A stretch of DNA of 62,040 nt, counting the filler, from Sphacelaria rigidula (lineage: Eukaryota): the NCBI GenBank assembly GCA_964200075.2. It is 10 parts of 10 records of this genome, joined end to end, with 100 filler letters (N's around TTAATTAATTAA, not from the genome) between each part and the next. Parts side by side here need not be neighbours in the genome. Positions count along the whole stretch, not along the records: positions 55,927 to 62,040 come from CAXNAA020022137.1; 9 more parts are not named here. One strand, written 5' to 3'. Within the stretch, counting starts at the first letter, position 1. Each line of letters starts with the position of its first letter. The notes under the pieces are model-generated. The model worked only from the letters and a program-made list of their open reading frames with translations, was not told where the DNA came from and did not search any database. The translations under genes were made by a program, and so were the position numbers. Shown in pieces: positions 61,170 through 62,040 of this stretch.

Positions 61170-61515
61170 TACAGTCGATTTGGTACATCAATACGCTTGG
61201 TACATACACTGTCACCCGAGCAGTACGTAGTCAAATGAGCAATATCCCATAGCCACCGAAGATAAGGTACCGTACCGAGCGTACCCTCGGTATTTACCGG
61301 GGTCTCCCATACCGTGGTAGGCGTGGGTATCGTAGGTACGAGTTTTGAAAATACCCATTTGGGCGGGTACGGTAGGTATTGGTATCTCGAAATACCGTGG
61401 TATCGTAGGTATGACATTTGAAAATACCCGATTGAACTGGTATCGGTGGGGTATGAGATGTTCCAAATAGCGGTACCGGGTACCTACCTTACCCTCTATA
61501 CCGGTCTCAAAACTG
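61170..61515. repeat. GGTA / TACC-rich low-complexity element, probably a MITE
   Basis: Dense GGTAC / GGTAT / ATACC motifs in both orientations, TTTGAAAATACCC duplicated. Ends not defined. Confidence 0.4.
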
Positions 61516-62040
61516 TCAGCCGGCAGTACGCAGAAGCGTTTCAGGGCGTGTCTTGGCACTTCTCTTCTCGGTCGAGAAAAAGGGGCGGTATAATTGATTT
61601 AAGCGAAATTCGCTCATTCTTCTCGAAGTGGTCCAAGCGAATTGTAAAGCTCTCGATCGAAAAGAGACAGTGGAATTCGTGAAACGGTACATGGTCACTC
61701 GTGTACATGGTACAGACCGTCTGTACTGTTTGCACTGCTTACAAGCAGTGTCTTGAGTGCGTTCGTGCGTGTTTCGTACAGCAGGATTTTGAAGAGAAGC
61801 GGGCAAGGTGCAATGCAGTCAGTCTAGGACTATCAGTTCTCTCTGCTTACAATGCGACGTGAGTGGGGCTTCATATCGACGTGCAGCCTCGTACTGCCTG
61901 CACTATCCATGAGCGTGTGCGCAACTCGGTTGCCCACCGTACCACGCAGTTCCGTCGCTGATCCTAGCATGAAATAAGATGGGAGAATTTTCGCCAACAA
62001 AAAATAAACAAAGCATCCCCAACTACTGCAGTGTATCTAT

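Overview
This is not prokaryotic DNA and not one locus. The window is ten unrelated contigs of exactly 6114 bp, joined by nine artificial 100-bp spacers (N44-TTAATTAATTAA-N44). The content is intron-rich, repeat-dense eukaryotic nuclear DNA. The short GC-rich exons, multi-kb introns, flagellar HYDIN and the transposon types suggest a stramenopile, probably a brown alga (inference). The supplied ORF track is mostly noise. By joining phase-compatible exons by hand I recovered partial genes for HYDIN (3 exons), a divergent Tubby-domain protein (6 exons, including the terminal one), an Mpv17/PMP22 membrane protein (2 exons) and an NHL-repeat protein (last 2 exons), plus a few unassigned exons. The rest is mobile DNA: a Ty3/Gypsy integrase with a chromodomain and a Tudor-like tail, LINE fragments (APE, RT, RTE), a PIF/Harbinger remnant, tRNA-derived SINEs with interchangeable heads, several MITE families, LTR-like repeats, and micro- and minisatellites. 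I found no CRISPR array, rRNA or intact tRNA gene, and no demonstrably new multi-gene system. The best leads are the two-reader integrase tail, the modular SINEs, a tandem tRNA-like array and the remodelled Tubby protein. All homology calls are from remembered family motifs, not from database searches.
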